Shown in pieces: positions 16,850-25,894 of a stretch of 64,000 nt of DNA; the first letter of the stretch is position 1, and each line of letters begins with the position of its first letter. The translations under genes and the position numbers were made by a program. The stretch is from contig JAUWZX010000001.1 of the NCBI GenBank assembly GCA_030615175.1, positions 126,566 through 190,565 on the forward strand, in the 5' to 3' direction. Source of the stretch: Candidatus Parvarchaeota archaeon (GTDB taxonomy: Archaea; Nanobdellota; Nanobdellia; WJKC01). A model generated the notes under the pieces. It did no database searches and was not told the DNA's origin. It was given only the letters and a program-made list of their open reading frames with translations.

Positions 16850-18865
16850 ATGAAGACAATCATTTCAAGCCTTGACTTAACTTGCATTGTCCGTGAACTT
16901 GCAGAACTTAGGGATGCTAAGGTTGAGAAGGTTTACCAGATTAATGATGAATTCATTTTTAAATTATACAAGGAGGGTAAGCCCACGAAAACAGAAAGTT
17001 TTCGGGGTGCTGGGACAAAGTCTCATGCACATTACATTTTAAGGGTTATTAATGGCAAACTCATTCACTTAACTCAGTACTTGAAGGAGAATCCTGAAGT
17101 TCCAAGCCACTTCTGCATGTACCTGCGCAAGTATTTGCATGGCGGCAGGATTGTAAGCATAACACAGCCAGGAATGGAGCGGATAGTTGAGGTCAGGATA
17201 AGGGCTGGGGCTTCCATTTACAGGCTTATTTTCGAGTTATTCTCTAAAGGTAATGTCATAGTTACTGATGATTCACATAAGATAAGGCAGGTGCTTAAAG
17301 TTAAGAGTTATGGTTCAAGGGAGTTGCGTCCTAACAGGCCTTATAATTATCCTCCATCCAAGTTTGATTTAAGTCATTTAAGCGTTTTATCCTTTAAGCG
17401 TGCAATCAAGGGCAGCAGGAAGGATAAGTTAGTCACTGCTTTAGCAGTTAACGTGGCATTGGGTGGTTCTTATGCTGAGGAAGTCTGCCTTAACTCCAAG
17501 ATTGATAAGGACAAGGATCCTAAAATGTTATCTGATGATGAAATTAATAAGTGTTATGAGCATCTTGTCTCGCTTGTTAAGAAAGTTAAGTATTTAGAGC
17601 TTAATCCCAGAGTAATACTTAAAGAGGGTATTCCAATTGATGTTGCTCCTTTCAAGTTAAAGATTTATGAGGATGCTGATTGCAAGGAGTTCCCTAATTT
17701 TAACATGGCTCTTGATTATTATTATGTTGCCAGCGAGAAAGCTTCTTTTGAGATGCGAAAGCAGGAAACCATTGCTTCGGAAAGGGCGCGGATTAAGCAT
17801 CAGGTTATGGGGCAGGAAACGCATTTAAAGGATATGAAGCGGGAGGCAGAGGCGTTGAGGGTGAAGGCGGAGTCCTTGAAGTCTAATCTTTATCTTGTGC
17901 AGTCAGTTCAGGAGTCATTATTGAATGCTAAGCGCGGCGGTTATTCATGGATTGATATTAGGGGAATGCTTAAGCGTGAGAAGGATTCAGGAAGTCCTGA
18001 AGCACTTCTTGTTAAGGATTTAAGCCCTGACACAATGTCCATGATTCTTGACATTAATGATGGATTAGAGGTTGGCTTGAGCGAGGACGTTGCTGAATTA
18101 ATGAATTCATTATTTGAGCGCGCTAAGAAATTAGAGTCAAAGTTTGAAGGAACTCTTAACGCTATTGGGGATTCGAAGAAGAAGCTGGATGATTTAAGTG
18201 TTTCAGATGTTTCTTTTGAGCGTAATGTTCCAAAGAAGGTTTTTCATAAGGCAAGTGAGTGGTATGCTCATTTTAAATGGTTTTATTCAAGCGAAGGATT
18301 CTTAGTTATTACTGGGCGTGATGCGCGTCAGAACGAAGAATTAATTAATAAGTACTTGGAGCCCAAGGACCTTGTCCTGCACGCTGATGTTCATGGCAGT
18401 CCTTTTACCATTATTCGTGACGGCAAGTCTTCTGGCGAGCCTACTCGTTTAGAGGCTGCGCAGTTCACTGCACTTCATTCAAGGGCTTGGGAGTTAAAGT
18501 CATCTATTGATGTTTATTATGTTAAGCCGCATCAGGTTAGCAAGCAGGTTCCTTCAGGCGAGTACATATCCACCGGAGCCTTCATGGTTACTGGTAAGAA
18601 GAGTTATGTGCGGAACGTATTATCAGAGTTATGTGTTGGCGTTGAGGAGTTAGGTGATTTTAATTACCGTTTAATTACTGGTCCAAAACCTGCTGTTGTT
18701 AAGAAATCCAGGCATTACTTAATACTCCATCCTGGTGATGATTCAAAGTCAGAGGTCATTAAGAAGGTTAGAGAGCATTTTAAGAATTATGGTTACAGCA
18801 TACCGACTGAGGAGTTGCAGAAGGCATTGCCGAGCAAGGGCTTCAAGGTGTATTCAATTGTTTAA
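16850..18865 (+). CDS. rqcH: Ribosome quality-control protein RqcH/Rqc2 (NFACT family)
   Basis: PSHFCMYLRKYL, ERIV, ELFSKGNVI, GGSYAEEVC, WYAHFKWFYSSEG, GRDARQNE, HAD, GAFMV. Confidence 0.92.
   Translation: MKTIISSLDLTCIVRELAELRDAKVEKVYQINDEFIFKLYKEGKPTKTESFRGAGTKSHAHYILRVINGKLIHLTQYLKENPEVPSHFCMYLRKYLHGGRIVSITQPGMERIVEVRIRAGASIYRLIFELFSKGNVIVTDDSHKIRQVLKVKSYGSRELRPNRPYNYPPSKFDLSHLSVLSFKRAIKGSRKDKLVTALAVNVALGGSYAEEVCLNSKIDKDKDPKMLSDDEINKCYEHLVSLVKKVKYLELNPRVILKEGIPIDVAPFKLKIYEDADCKEFPNFNMALDYYYVASEKASFEMRKQETIASERARIKHQVMGQETHLKDMKREAEALRVKAESLKSNLYLVQSVQESLLNAKRGGYSWIDIRGMLKREKDSGSPEALLVKDLSPDTMSMILDINDGLEVGLSEDVAELMNSLFERAKKLESKFEGTLNAIGDSKKKLDDLSVSDVSFERNVPKKVFHKASEWYAHFKWFYSSEGFLVITGRDARQNEELINKYLEPKDLVLHADVHGSPFTIIRDGKSSGEPTRLEAAQFTALHSRAWELKSSIDVYYVKPHQVSKQVPSGEYISTGAFMVTGKKSYVRNVLSELCVGVEELGDFNYRLITGPKPAVVKKSRHYLILHPGDDSKSEVIKKVREHFKNYGYSIPTEELQKALPSKGFKVYSIV
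16979..17031 (+). mobile_element. Double-hairpin miniature element, copy B (48-bp core 16981-17028), in frame within rqcH
   Basis: AAGCCCACGAAAACAGAAAGTTTTCGGGGTGCTGGGACAAAGTCTCATGCACA; adds PTKTESFRGAGTKSHA to RqcH. Confidence 0.8.
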
Positions 18866-19268
18866 GGAAGTTTCTTTCAAGACTGAGCGCAGGATTCAAG
18901 TTATTAATCTTGATTCAGAACTTGCGAATCTTGAACTTAGTGGTGATGGCTTACTGTTCGCTTTTACTCCTCACGCTACTGCTGCCTTGATTCTTAATGA
19001 GGCTGAATCAGGTCTTATGGAGGATTTTGAGGAATGGATTTCAAAGAATTTTAATGGTTCCTGGAGGCATGACAGGATTGATGATAATGCTTCCTCTCAC
19101 TTAGCGTCAGGAATGCTTGGTCAGTTCGTGTTAATGCCTGTTAAGAGTGGCAGGATTGTTCGAGGAATCTGGCAGAACTTATTATTTATTGAGTTAGATG
19201 GCCCTCGCAGCCAGCGCAGGGTTATTTTTAAGTTTTTACTGCAAAAAAAAAATAATAAGAAAAAATAA
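18858..19268 (+). CDS. yjbQ: YjbQ/UPF0047 family protein
   Basis: PHATAALILNE, HDRIDDNASSHL, GIWQ..FIELDGPR; TTG start at 18858 after an AAGGTG RBS. Confidence 0.88.
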   Translation: MFKEVSFKTERRIQVINLDSELANLELSGDGLLFAFTPHATAALILNEAESGLMEDFEEWISKNFNGSWRHDRIDDNASSHLASGMLGQFVLMPVKSGRIVRGIWQNLLFIELDGPRSQRRVIFKFLLQKKNNKKK

Positions 19269-19270
19269 AT
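19243..19270 (-). terminator. Oligo-T tract downstream of the histone gene (archaeal-type terminator)
   Basis: aaaaaaaaaataataagaaaaaataaat on plus reads as T-runs on minus just after the histone stop. Confidence 0.4.
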
Positions 19271-19275
19271 GCTTT

Positions 19276-19449
19276 TTATAAGTCGTATTCTTTGATTGTT
19301 TTCCTGCCGTTTGCTTTAGCCCTTTTCGCTGCTTTTTCAATGATTCCAGCCACTTTAATATCAAGGGCGCCTAATACGCTGTCCGGAAGCCTCATGTTTA
19401 ATTTCTTTGCTTCTTCCTTATTTGCCTTTTTAGTTATTAACCTTGCCAT
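19276..19449 (-). CDS. Short archaeal histone-fold protein (57 aa, DUF1931 / truncated-alpha3 type)
   Basis: Not in the ORF track. Manual translation MARLITKKANKEEAKKLNMRLPDSVLGALDIKVAGIIEKAAKRAKANGRKTIKEYDL with the histone RKTI..xD motif; TATA-like TTTAAAA upstream. Confidence 0.88.
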   Translation of the reverse strand: MARLITKKANKEEAKKLNMRLPDSVLGALDIKVAGIIEKAAKRAKANGRKTIKEYDL

Positions 19450-19527
19450 AACCCTAAAGTAATGTTTATGCCTGTTTTAAATGTTATTGAAAGAATTATA
19501 ATGGAAAAAGTTTTTAAGAGTGAGTTA

Positions 19528-19923
19528 TTAGTAGTAGACTTCTGTTTCTTCTTTTGGTTTTTGGGGTTTGAATAACTTGAATTCTTCACTTATTTTCTCT
19601 TCTTCAGGCGGCTTGCTTTCCATGAATTCTCCGAAACTGGTTGCTGGCTCTTCATCATGCTCCCAGGCAGTTTCTTTCGGTTCATTCATTAATCTTCTTA
19701 GCTTCTTGTCATGAATTCTTAATCCTTCATTAACCGCATCCCTTAATGCTCTTGCCTCGTCAGGGCTTAATTTAAAACCTGCTTTCGGGTATTCTTCTTC
19801 CCCAATTTTTATTAGGAATCTGCCTTCTCTAACCAGCCTTTCCTTTTCAGGTTCTTCTAATTCAATTCCTAACCAAGTATTCCTTCCCTGCCATTTATGC
19901 CTTTTATAAAATAATCTCATCAT
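19528..19923 (-). CDS. Hypothetical protein (131 aa) with acidic tail
   Basis: Clean ORF with minus-strand codon style; beta-rich N-terminus, then FKLSPDEARALRDAV helix. Confidence 0.7.
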   Translation of the reverse strand: MMRLFYKRHKWQGRNTWLGIELEEPEKERLVREGRFLIKIGEEEYPKAGFKLSPDEARALRDAVNEGLRIHDKKLRRLMNEPKETAWEHDEEPATSFGEFMESKPPEEEKISEEFKLFKPQKPKEETEVYY

Positions 19924-19987
19924 CCTTATTTAAGATTATTTTACGTTATTAAAGTTTTTATTTGCGTAATTAATTATTATTATTTCA

Positions 19988-21211
19988 ATGAATTCAGTTA
20001 TCAGTAAGGCGCGTAAGTTAGTTATTCCAAGTAGGGGTGAGTCTGCTCGTTTTAACAGATTTGTTTCAGAGGTTGCTTCAATGCTTGTTAATGCTTTTTC
20101 TTCTTCAGGCTTGAATGTTGAAGTCGTTGTTGGAGGCAGTTTCTCGCGTGACACGTGGCTTCCAGGCGCTCATGATGCTGATTTATTCATCCGTTTTATG
20201 GATGAGCATGACTTAAAGTCTTTTTCAAAAGTAATTACTGCTGTCTTCCCTAAAGCTGTTAGGATTAAGGGTTCGCGTGATTACTTTAAGATTAATTATA
20301 ATGGTTTTGAGTTCGAATTCATTCCTGTTCTTAAGATTAACTCTCCTTTGGATGCTAAGAATTCAATGGATGCTTCATTTTTCCATATTGATTATGTTAG
20401 GTCAAGGCTTGTTAATACATTGCCTTTAGAGGTTCGTTTGCTTAAGTTATTCTCTAAAGTGCATGGCGTTTACGGTGCTGAATCCTATGTTTCAGGTTTT
20501 TCAGGTTATGTTCTTGAGTTATTAATAATTCATTATAAATCCTTTAAGAGGGTTGTTAAAGCGGTTGCTGGATTTAAGCAGGGCGCATTCATTGATTTAA
20601 TGAAGTATTATGATTCAAAGTCAAGTGCTTGCAAGGCTTTGGGCTTTAAGGCTGAATGTCCTTTAATCATTATTGACCCTGTTAATCCGCTGCGTAATGC
20701 TGCGAGGAGTGTTAGTTATCATAGTTTTTCTAAGCTGGTTTTTGCTGCAAGAAGGTTTTTAGATAAGCCAGGCATTTCATTTTTTAAGATTCCGGTAATG
20801 ACTAAGGATTCATTGCAGAGGCTTGCCAGTAAGAGAGGGCATTTCATTTTCTTTAAGAAGTTTGCTCCAACTCTTAGGAAGGATGCTTTTTTCTCAAAGT
20901 TATTGCATGAGCTTAAGAAGGTTGCAGGGATTCTGGAGTCACTTGACTTCTTTGTTTATGATTATGGTTTCCTTGAGTCAGGGCTTGTTTATTTTGAGGT
21001 TGTGAATTCAATTCTTCCTTCTGTTAAGAGGGTTGTTGGTCCAAGCGTTTACATTGATGGACATAATCTTAAGAGGTTTTTAAGCAAGAAGCGCAGGGTT
21101 ATTCATGGTCCTTATATTATGGATGGCCGGGTATGCTTTGATGTTAAGCGTGAAGCAGTTCATGTTAAACCATTGTTAATGAAGTTGTTAGCTGATATAT
21201 CCTTCTCTTAG
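19988..21211 (+). CDS. cca: CCA-adding enzyme, archaeal class I
   Basis: GGSFSRDTWL.G.HDADLF, EVRLLK.F, YGAESYVSGFSGYVLELL, IIDPVNP.RN. Confidence 0.93.
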   Translation: MNSVISKARKLVIPSRGESARFNRFVSEVASMLVNAFSSSGLNVEVVVGGSFSRDTWLPGAHDADLFIRFMDEHDLKSFSKVITAVFPKAVRIKGSRDYFKINYNGFEFEFIPVLKINSPLDAKNSMDASFFHIDYVRSRLVNTLPLEVRLLKLFSKVHGVYGAESYVSGFSGYVLELLIIHYKSFKRVVKAVAGFKQGAFIDLMKYYDSKSSACKALGFKAECPLIIIDPVNPLRNAARSVSYHSFSKLVFAARRFLDKPGISFFKIPVMTKDSLQRLASKRGHFIFFKKFAPTLRKDAFFSKLLHELKKVAGILESLDFFVYDYGFLESGLVYFEVVNSILPSVKRVVGPSVYIDGHNLKRFLSKKRRVIHGPYIMDGRVCFDVKREAVHVKPLLMKLLADISFS

Positions 21212-21652
21212 TTCTTTTTTTCCTTTTTCACTCCATTTCTTAATGTATCTTGTTAAGTACTTTCTTACTATTGGTTTTAATTTCTTGTAGAATTCGTAGT
21301 TTTTACTTATTTGTTTTATTCTTTCCTCTTTGCTTATGTAGTTTGCCTTTATTGTTATCCAGTATTGAGTCATTATTTTCTTGTAAGTGTTGAATAATTC
21401 TTTTTTTTCTTTTCCAGTGAAGAATTTATGTTCTATAAGGCAGCAGTACTGTTGCGGGTGGAATATGCCTTCCAAGTCTAATTTAACTTTTAGTATTCTG
21501 TCCCACATCCTGCCGAGTACTTGACTTATTATTCCTGATGTTTCATTTAATTCAAAGTCAAATTCTTCTTCTAATTCTTTCAGGCTTGGCAGTCCGTACT
21601 TCTTTTTGTATTCATTATACTTCTTTACTGCTTTAATTCTTGATTCAGCCAT
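21188..21652 (-). CDS. Hypothetical helical protein
   Basis: 154-aa ORF (KKKYGLPSLKELEEEFDF...YIS); no function recognised. Confidence 0.7.
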   Translation of the reverse strand: MAESRIKAVKKYNEYKKKYGLPSLKELEEEFDFELNETSGIISQVLGRMWDRILKVKLDLEGIFHPQQYCCLIEHKFFTGKEKKELFNTYKKIMTQYWITIKANYISKEERIKQISKNYEFYKKLKPIVRKYLTRYIKKWSEKGKKELREGYIS

Positions 21653-21717
21653 TAAATTTTTGCGAATAATAATTCCTTTATAAACTTTTATAAGTTAATT
21701 CTTGGTAATTATTAGTC

Positions 21718-22245
21718 ATGCCTGGAGAGCAGGAGCAGTGTATTTTCTGCCTGATTAAGGATAAGAAGTCGCCGAGTTTTGCTGTTTATGAGGATGATTT
21801 TGTTATTTCAGTGCTTGACAGGGCTCCTGCAACTAAGGGTCATTTAATAGTTATTCCTAAAAGGCATGTTAGCGGGATTCATGAGTTAAGTGAGGAGGAG
21901 GTTTCAAAGTTATTCATTGCTTGTCAGAGAATTATTTTCGCCCAGTCTCAGGTGTTGGATTGTGAGGGAGTGAATCTTGTTTACTCAATGGGTTCTGGTG
22001 CTGGTCAGAGGAGTCCTCACATGATTGTTTACTTAATCCCTCGTTATAAGGATGACCAGGTGTCAATTGTTTGGAATCCGGCTAAGTTGACTGATGATGA
22101 TATGAAGGAAGTTTTTAATGCTTTAAGCCAGGTGTTAAAGGGTGCTGCAATGCCTGTGATTGCTGAGAAGGAGCCTGTAGTTATTGAGGAGAAGCCTAAG
22201 GAAGAGGAATTGATTGAGAAGAAGCCGAGAGTGCCTGATTATTGA
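21718..22245 (+). CDS. HIT-family protein with degenerate histidine triad
   Basis: CIFC, VYEDD, PATKGHLIVIPKRH, GAGQRSPHMIVYLIPR. Confidence 0.85.
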   Translation: MPGEQEQCIFCLIKDKKSPSFAVYEDDFVISVLDRAPATKGHLIVIPKRHVSGIHELSEEEVSKLFIACQRIIFAQSQVLDCEGVNLVYSMGSGAGQRSPHMIVYLIPRYKDDQVSIVWNPAKLTDDDMKEVFNALSQVLKGAAMPVIAEKEPVVIEEKPKEEELIEKKPRVPDY

Positions 22246-23099
22246 AGCAGGTTAATTATTGTTTCCGCGTTTGACAGGCCGTAAGTGCTTAGTATTAGCA
22301 TTATATTGCCAATCATCATTGTTGCTATCAGCGTGATTAGTAGTGCTGGGACGTAAGCAATACCATCCTTTATTTTAACTGTCTTGATTTTCCCTTGCGC
22401 GTACCATTTCATTAATTGTTTGACTTCTTTTTTTGATAATCCTTCTTTTTTGGGCGTAATCTTTTTCCTTCCTATCTTTATTTCTTCCAGCAGCCAGTCC
22501 CCGTCCATTAATTCAGGTATTCTTGCATCTTTTTTAAAGCATTTTTTCTCAATTTCCTTGAATAACCTGCTCATTGAGCCAGTCATTACTGCAGCGCTTA
22601 GTAGTAATGCCATTAACAAGTTCATTACGTTGAACAGTATTATGCAGGTGATTACTCCGATTATCATCATTGCTTTGTCAAGTGCTTTAATCTTAATTTT
22701 TTCCTTGCTCATTAATCCTATGATGATTATTGCCGGCACTCCATAGAATCCTCCTATGAGTAATAAGTTTGCCAGGTAGTCAAGGAAGTAGGGTATTGTT
22801 TCACCCTGAAACCATGATATTAGTACTCCAAGGGCTGTTACTAGTTTAGTGTCTCCTCCACCCCACATGCCTGTTTTGTACATTGAGTAGCCGAAAATGA
22901 ATAGTATGGCTGTTGAAGGTATTGACCATATTGCTGTCATCCAATTATTTGTTTCAATTGCGTAGGCAATCCTTAGTATTATTGCTATTATTATGAATGA
23001 GTAATTAACGTAGTCAGGGATGTATTTCCATTTCATATCATATGCTGATGCTATTAAAAGCATTGCCAGTGCTGTTCCCAGAATGATTATTTCAATCAT
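22239..23099 (-). CDS. Prepilin/preflagellin peptidase (A24, FlaK/PibD-like)
   Basis: TM protein with D..W..IPD, GGGDTKL and the archaeal C-terminal EL..GDWL...GL...AYVP domain. Confidence 0.88.
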   Translation of the reverse strand: MIEIIILGTALAMLLIASAYDMKWKYIPDYVNYSFIIIAIILRIAYAIETNNWMTAIWSIPSTAILFIFGYSMYKTGMWGGGDTKLVTALGVLISWFQGETIPYFLDYLANLLLIGGFYGVPAIIIIGLMSKEKIKIKALDKAMMIIGVITCIILFNVMNLLMALLLSAAVMTGSMSRLFKEIEKKCFKKDARIPELMDGDWLLEEIKIGRKKITPKKEGLSKKEVKQLMKWYAQGKIKTVKIKDGIAYVPALLITLIATMMIGNIMLILSTYGLSNAETIINLLQ

Positions 23100-23153
23100 T
23101 GTTATTTATTTATTAAGTAAGTTTTTAATTGTGTTGTGCTTTATCCTTTTTTC

Positions 23154-23891
23154 ATGTTATTCCTGGTTGGTCTTGGTTTGTCAGGTGTTAAGGATTTGTC
23201 GCTTAAGGCTTTTGATGTATTGAAGTCCTCTAATCATGTTTTCCTTGAGAATTATACTGGGGTGTTCAGGGATTTGAAGAGTCTTGAGTCCTTGATTAGT
23301 AAGTCTGTTCAGGTTCTTGCCCGTTCAGAGGTTGAGGAGAAGAAGGATTTCCTGGTTCTTGCCAGAAAACATAAGGTTGCCTTGCTTGTTCAGGGCGACC
23401 CATTATCAGCCACCACTCATATAGGGATTCTTCTTGAATGCGTTAAGAGGAAAGTTAAGTTTGAAGTTATTCATTCTTCTTCAGTGTTCACTGCTGTTGC
23501 CCGCACTGGTTTATCTCTTTATAAGTTCGGCAAGACTGCGAGCATTCCATTGCCTGAGCCTGGTTTTAATCCTTCATCTTTTTACAAAATCTTTGTTAGT
23601 AATCAGTTAATTGGAGCTCACACGCTTTTCCTGCTTGACTTAAAGCCTGACAGGGATAAGTATTTATCAATTCCTGAGGCTGTTAAGATTCTTAAGAAGC
23701 TTGATTCTAAAAAGTATGTTAATAAGTTTTTTGGCTGCGCCCGCCTCGGGTTTAAGGATGAATTAATTGTTTATGGTTCTGCCAGTAAATTAATGAAGGT
23801 TGACTGGGGCGCGCCTCCTTACTGCCTCGTAGTCCCTGCTGAACTGCACTTCATGGAGGAAGAGTTCTTAAAGCGTTTCTCCATTCCTTAG
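23154..23891 (+). CDS. dph5: Diphthine synthase
   Basis: MLFLVGLGL, FLENYT, GDPLSATTH, GLSLYKFGKTASI, HTLFLLDL, PPYCLVVP.ELHFMEEE. Confidence 0.95.
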   Translation: MLFLVGLGLSGVKDLSLKAFDVLKSSNHVFLENYTGVFRDLKSLESLISKSVQVLARSEVEEKKDFLVLARKHKVALLVQGDPLSATTHIGILLECVKRKVKFEVIHSSSVFTAVARTGLSLYKFGKTASIPLPEPGFNPSSFYKIFVSNQLIGAHTLFLLDLKPDRDKYLSIPEAVKILKKLDSKKYVNKFFGCARLGFKDELIVYGSASKLMKVDWGAPPYCLVVPAELHFMEEEFLKRFSIP

Positions 23892-24753
23892 CGTTAATTC
23901 TTGGCTTCTTCCTTGTCCAGTTGCTTGCCATGCTCATCGTGTATGCTCCGCAGTTCTTAATGCGCAGGCAGTCGCCTGCCTTGACTCTGGGCAAATTATG
24001 CTTTCCTATATTATCAATGTCTGTTGGTATTGGACCGCACACCCTGTAAACATGATTCTTCTTCTCATTTTCTTTCCCAATCACTTCTACTTCGTATTTT
24101 GACATGCTTAACTTGTTGAAGAAATTAATTCCTGTATCAATTATCACGTTCTTTCCTTTAATCATTAATATTCTTGTTTTTAATTCGCATGCATTCTCAA
24201 CTAATGCCCTGCCAGGTTCAATGATTAATTTTTTATCAGTCTTTTTTAGCAACTTGATTTTTTCTTCATTTATTCCTCCGCCTGCATCAATAATGCCTGC
24301 ACTAGTCTTATCTGCAAGCCTTAACGCTTTTTTTAAGTATTTTTTCCATTCGCTTGTTTTAGCCCTGCTTGAGTGGAATGAAATGCAGTCCCATTTACTT
24401 TTTAGTATTTCTTTTTCATTTAGTCCTATCTTGCTGTCTTTGAATAATTTCATTCTTGCTCCTCGAAGCCCCAGAACTTTCTGCTCTGCTGACTCAACAT
24501 TCTGCAAGCAGCACTTAAGCTGTTTAGTTATGAATCCGTTTATTATAATTTTCTCAAATCCAATCTTCTTTGCTATTTCATATTCATATTCTGAGCATAT
24601 TTCCACTGCACTGCCCTGTTCTTTTAGTGTTTTTAGTATTCTTTTATCATAATTTGCTTTCAAGGCGTAAGCAATAATTGCATTAGGCAATGCTTTCTTT
24701 AGTCTTTCATAGTTTTCCTTTACTTTTGATAAGTGAATTATTATTTCTGGCAT
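23851..24753 (-). CDS. PLP-dependent fold-III decarboxylase (DAP/ornithine/arginine decarboxylase family), compact
   Basis: YALKAN (PLP lysine), DAGGG, EPGRALV, DTG, GP...D.D, GAYTMSMASN. Confidence 0.8.
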   Translation of the reverse strand: MPEIIIHLSKVKENYERLKKALPNAIIAYALKANYDKRILKTLKEQGSAVEICSEYEYEIAKKIGFEKIIINGFITKQLKCCLQNVESAEQKVLGLRGARMKLFKDSKIGLNEKEILKSKWDCISFHSSRAKTSEWKKYLKKALRLADKTSAGIIDAGGGINEEKIKLLKKTDKKLIIEPGRALVENACELKTRILMIKGKNVIIDTGINFFNKLSMSKYEVEVIGKENEKKNHVYRVCGPIPTDIDNIGKHNLPRVKAGDCLRIKNCGAYTMSMASNWTRKKPRINAKEWRNALRTLPP

Positions 24754-25568
24754 AATACATCAACTACCACGTGCCATTTTTTTGGTCCGTAACTCTTTAC
24801 TAGTTGCGTGTTCATTAATTCGCATTTATATCCCTGCTTTACTCCTTTTTGTTTTACTGTTTCAAATAATTCATCAGCGTTCTCCTTGCTCTTTATTCCT
24901 TCATAATGAATGACTCCTTTCTTTTTTAAGCACTTGAAGGCTGTTTCTAAAAACTCTTTAGGTTCAGGCAGGCAGCCCATGATTATCCTGTCCGCTTTCT
25001 CGCATTCAAGTGCAAGTTCTTTAGAGTTCCCCAATAATGCTTTAACATTGTCTAGTCTGTTAATCTTAATATTCTCAATTAAGTAATGAAATGCTGCAGG
25101 GTTCTTTTCAATGGCGTAAATAATTCTTGGGCCATTCATTGCCATAAGAATTGTGAAATATCCTATTCCTGCGAAGAAGTCTATTATGACTTCACCCTGC
25201 TGAACAAGGCTTGCAAGCCTTTTGCGTTCGTTAATGTTGCCTTTAGCCCACATTACTTTAGTCACGTCGAGTTTGAATTGGGCTTTGTGCTCGTGATGAA
25301 TTGTTTCAGTGCTTCCTCCCCATGCCTTCCTTATTTGCGGTTCCCTGAACTCGCCTTTAATTCCTCCTTCCTTAATGCAGATTGTTTTTGCGTATGGTGC
25401 TAATTCATGAACTGCTTTGACAATTAATTCTTCATGTTTTCTTAAATCGTCTTTAATATTGAGTATTATTATGTTCCCTATCATCTGGTAACCGCTTGGA
25501 AGCAGGTTTAATTCATCTTCATTTAATCCTTTTTTTAATTTCTTTTTTAACTCGTCTTTTAATGTCAT
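24741..25568 (-). CDS. Trm5/Taw2-family SAM-dependent tRNA modification enzyme (Taw2-like)
   Basis: ETIHHEH..FKLDVTKVMWAKGNINER, DFFAGIGYF, EKNP, ADRIIMG, GVIHY. Confidence 0.8.
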   Translation of the reverse strand: MTLKDELKKKLKKGLNEDELNLLPSGYQMIGNIIILNIKDDLRKHEELIVKAVHELAPYAKTICIKEGGIKGEFREPQIRKAWGGSTETIHHEHKAQFKLDVTKVMWAKGNINERKRLASLVQQGEVIIDFFAGIGYFTILMAMNGPRIIYAIEKNPAAFHYLIENIKINRLDNVKALLGNSKELALECEKADRIIMGCLPEPKEFLETAFKCLKKKGVIHYEGIKSKENADELFETVKQKGVKQGYKCELMNTQLVKSYGPKKWHVVVDVLCQK

Positions 25569-25894
25569 GGGATTTTCTCAAACATATCCATTAATACAAA
25601 CCCATCCTTCATTATTTCATCTTTATTTATTTCAGGATGATTATCTAATACTTCTTCTATGTCTTTATACCCGCCAGTATATTTGTAAATGAAGTTGGCG
25701 TAAACATCGTTAAGTGTTACTTCTCCGATATTTATTCTTATCTTAGTTTTCTTCATGTAATCATAGTATTTTTTAAATCCGCTCTTTCCTATTTCTTTTA
25801 ATTCATAGAAGAATTCAATAATTTCATCTTCTTTTGCTCCAAGTGATACTGCATAATTTAGTACTACTTGGTCAATTAATTTTTTACTTTTCAT
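25565..25894 (-). CDS. Hypothetical protein (109 aa)
   Basis: ORF overlapping both neighbours by 4 bp, consistent with translational coupling. Confidence 0.6.
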   Translation of the reverse strand: MKSKKLIDQVVLNYAVSLGAKEDEIIEFFYELKEIGKSGFKKYYDYMKKTKIRINIGEVTLNDVYANFIYKYTGGYKDIEEVLDNHPEINKDEIMKDGFVLMDMFEKIP

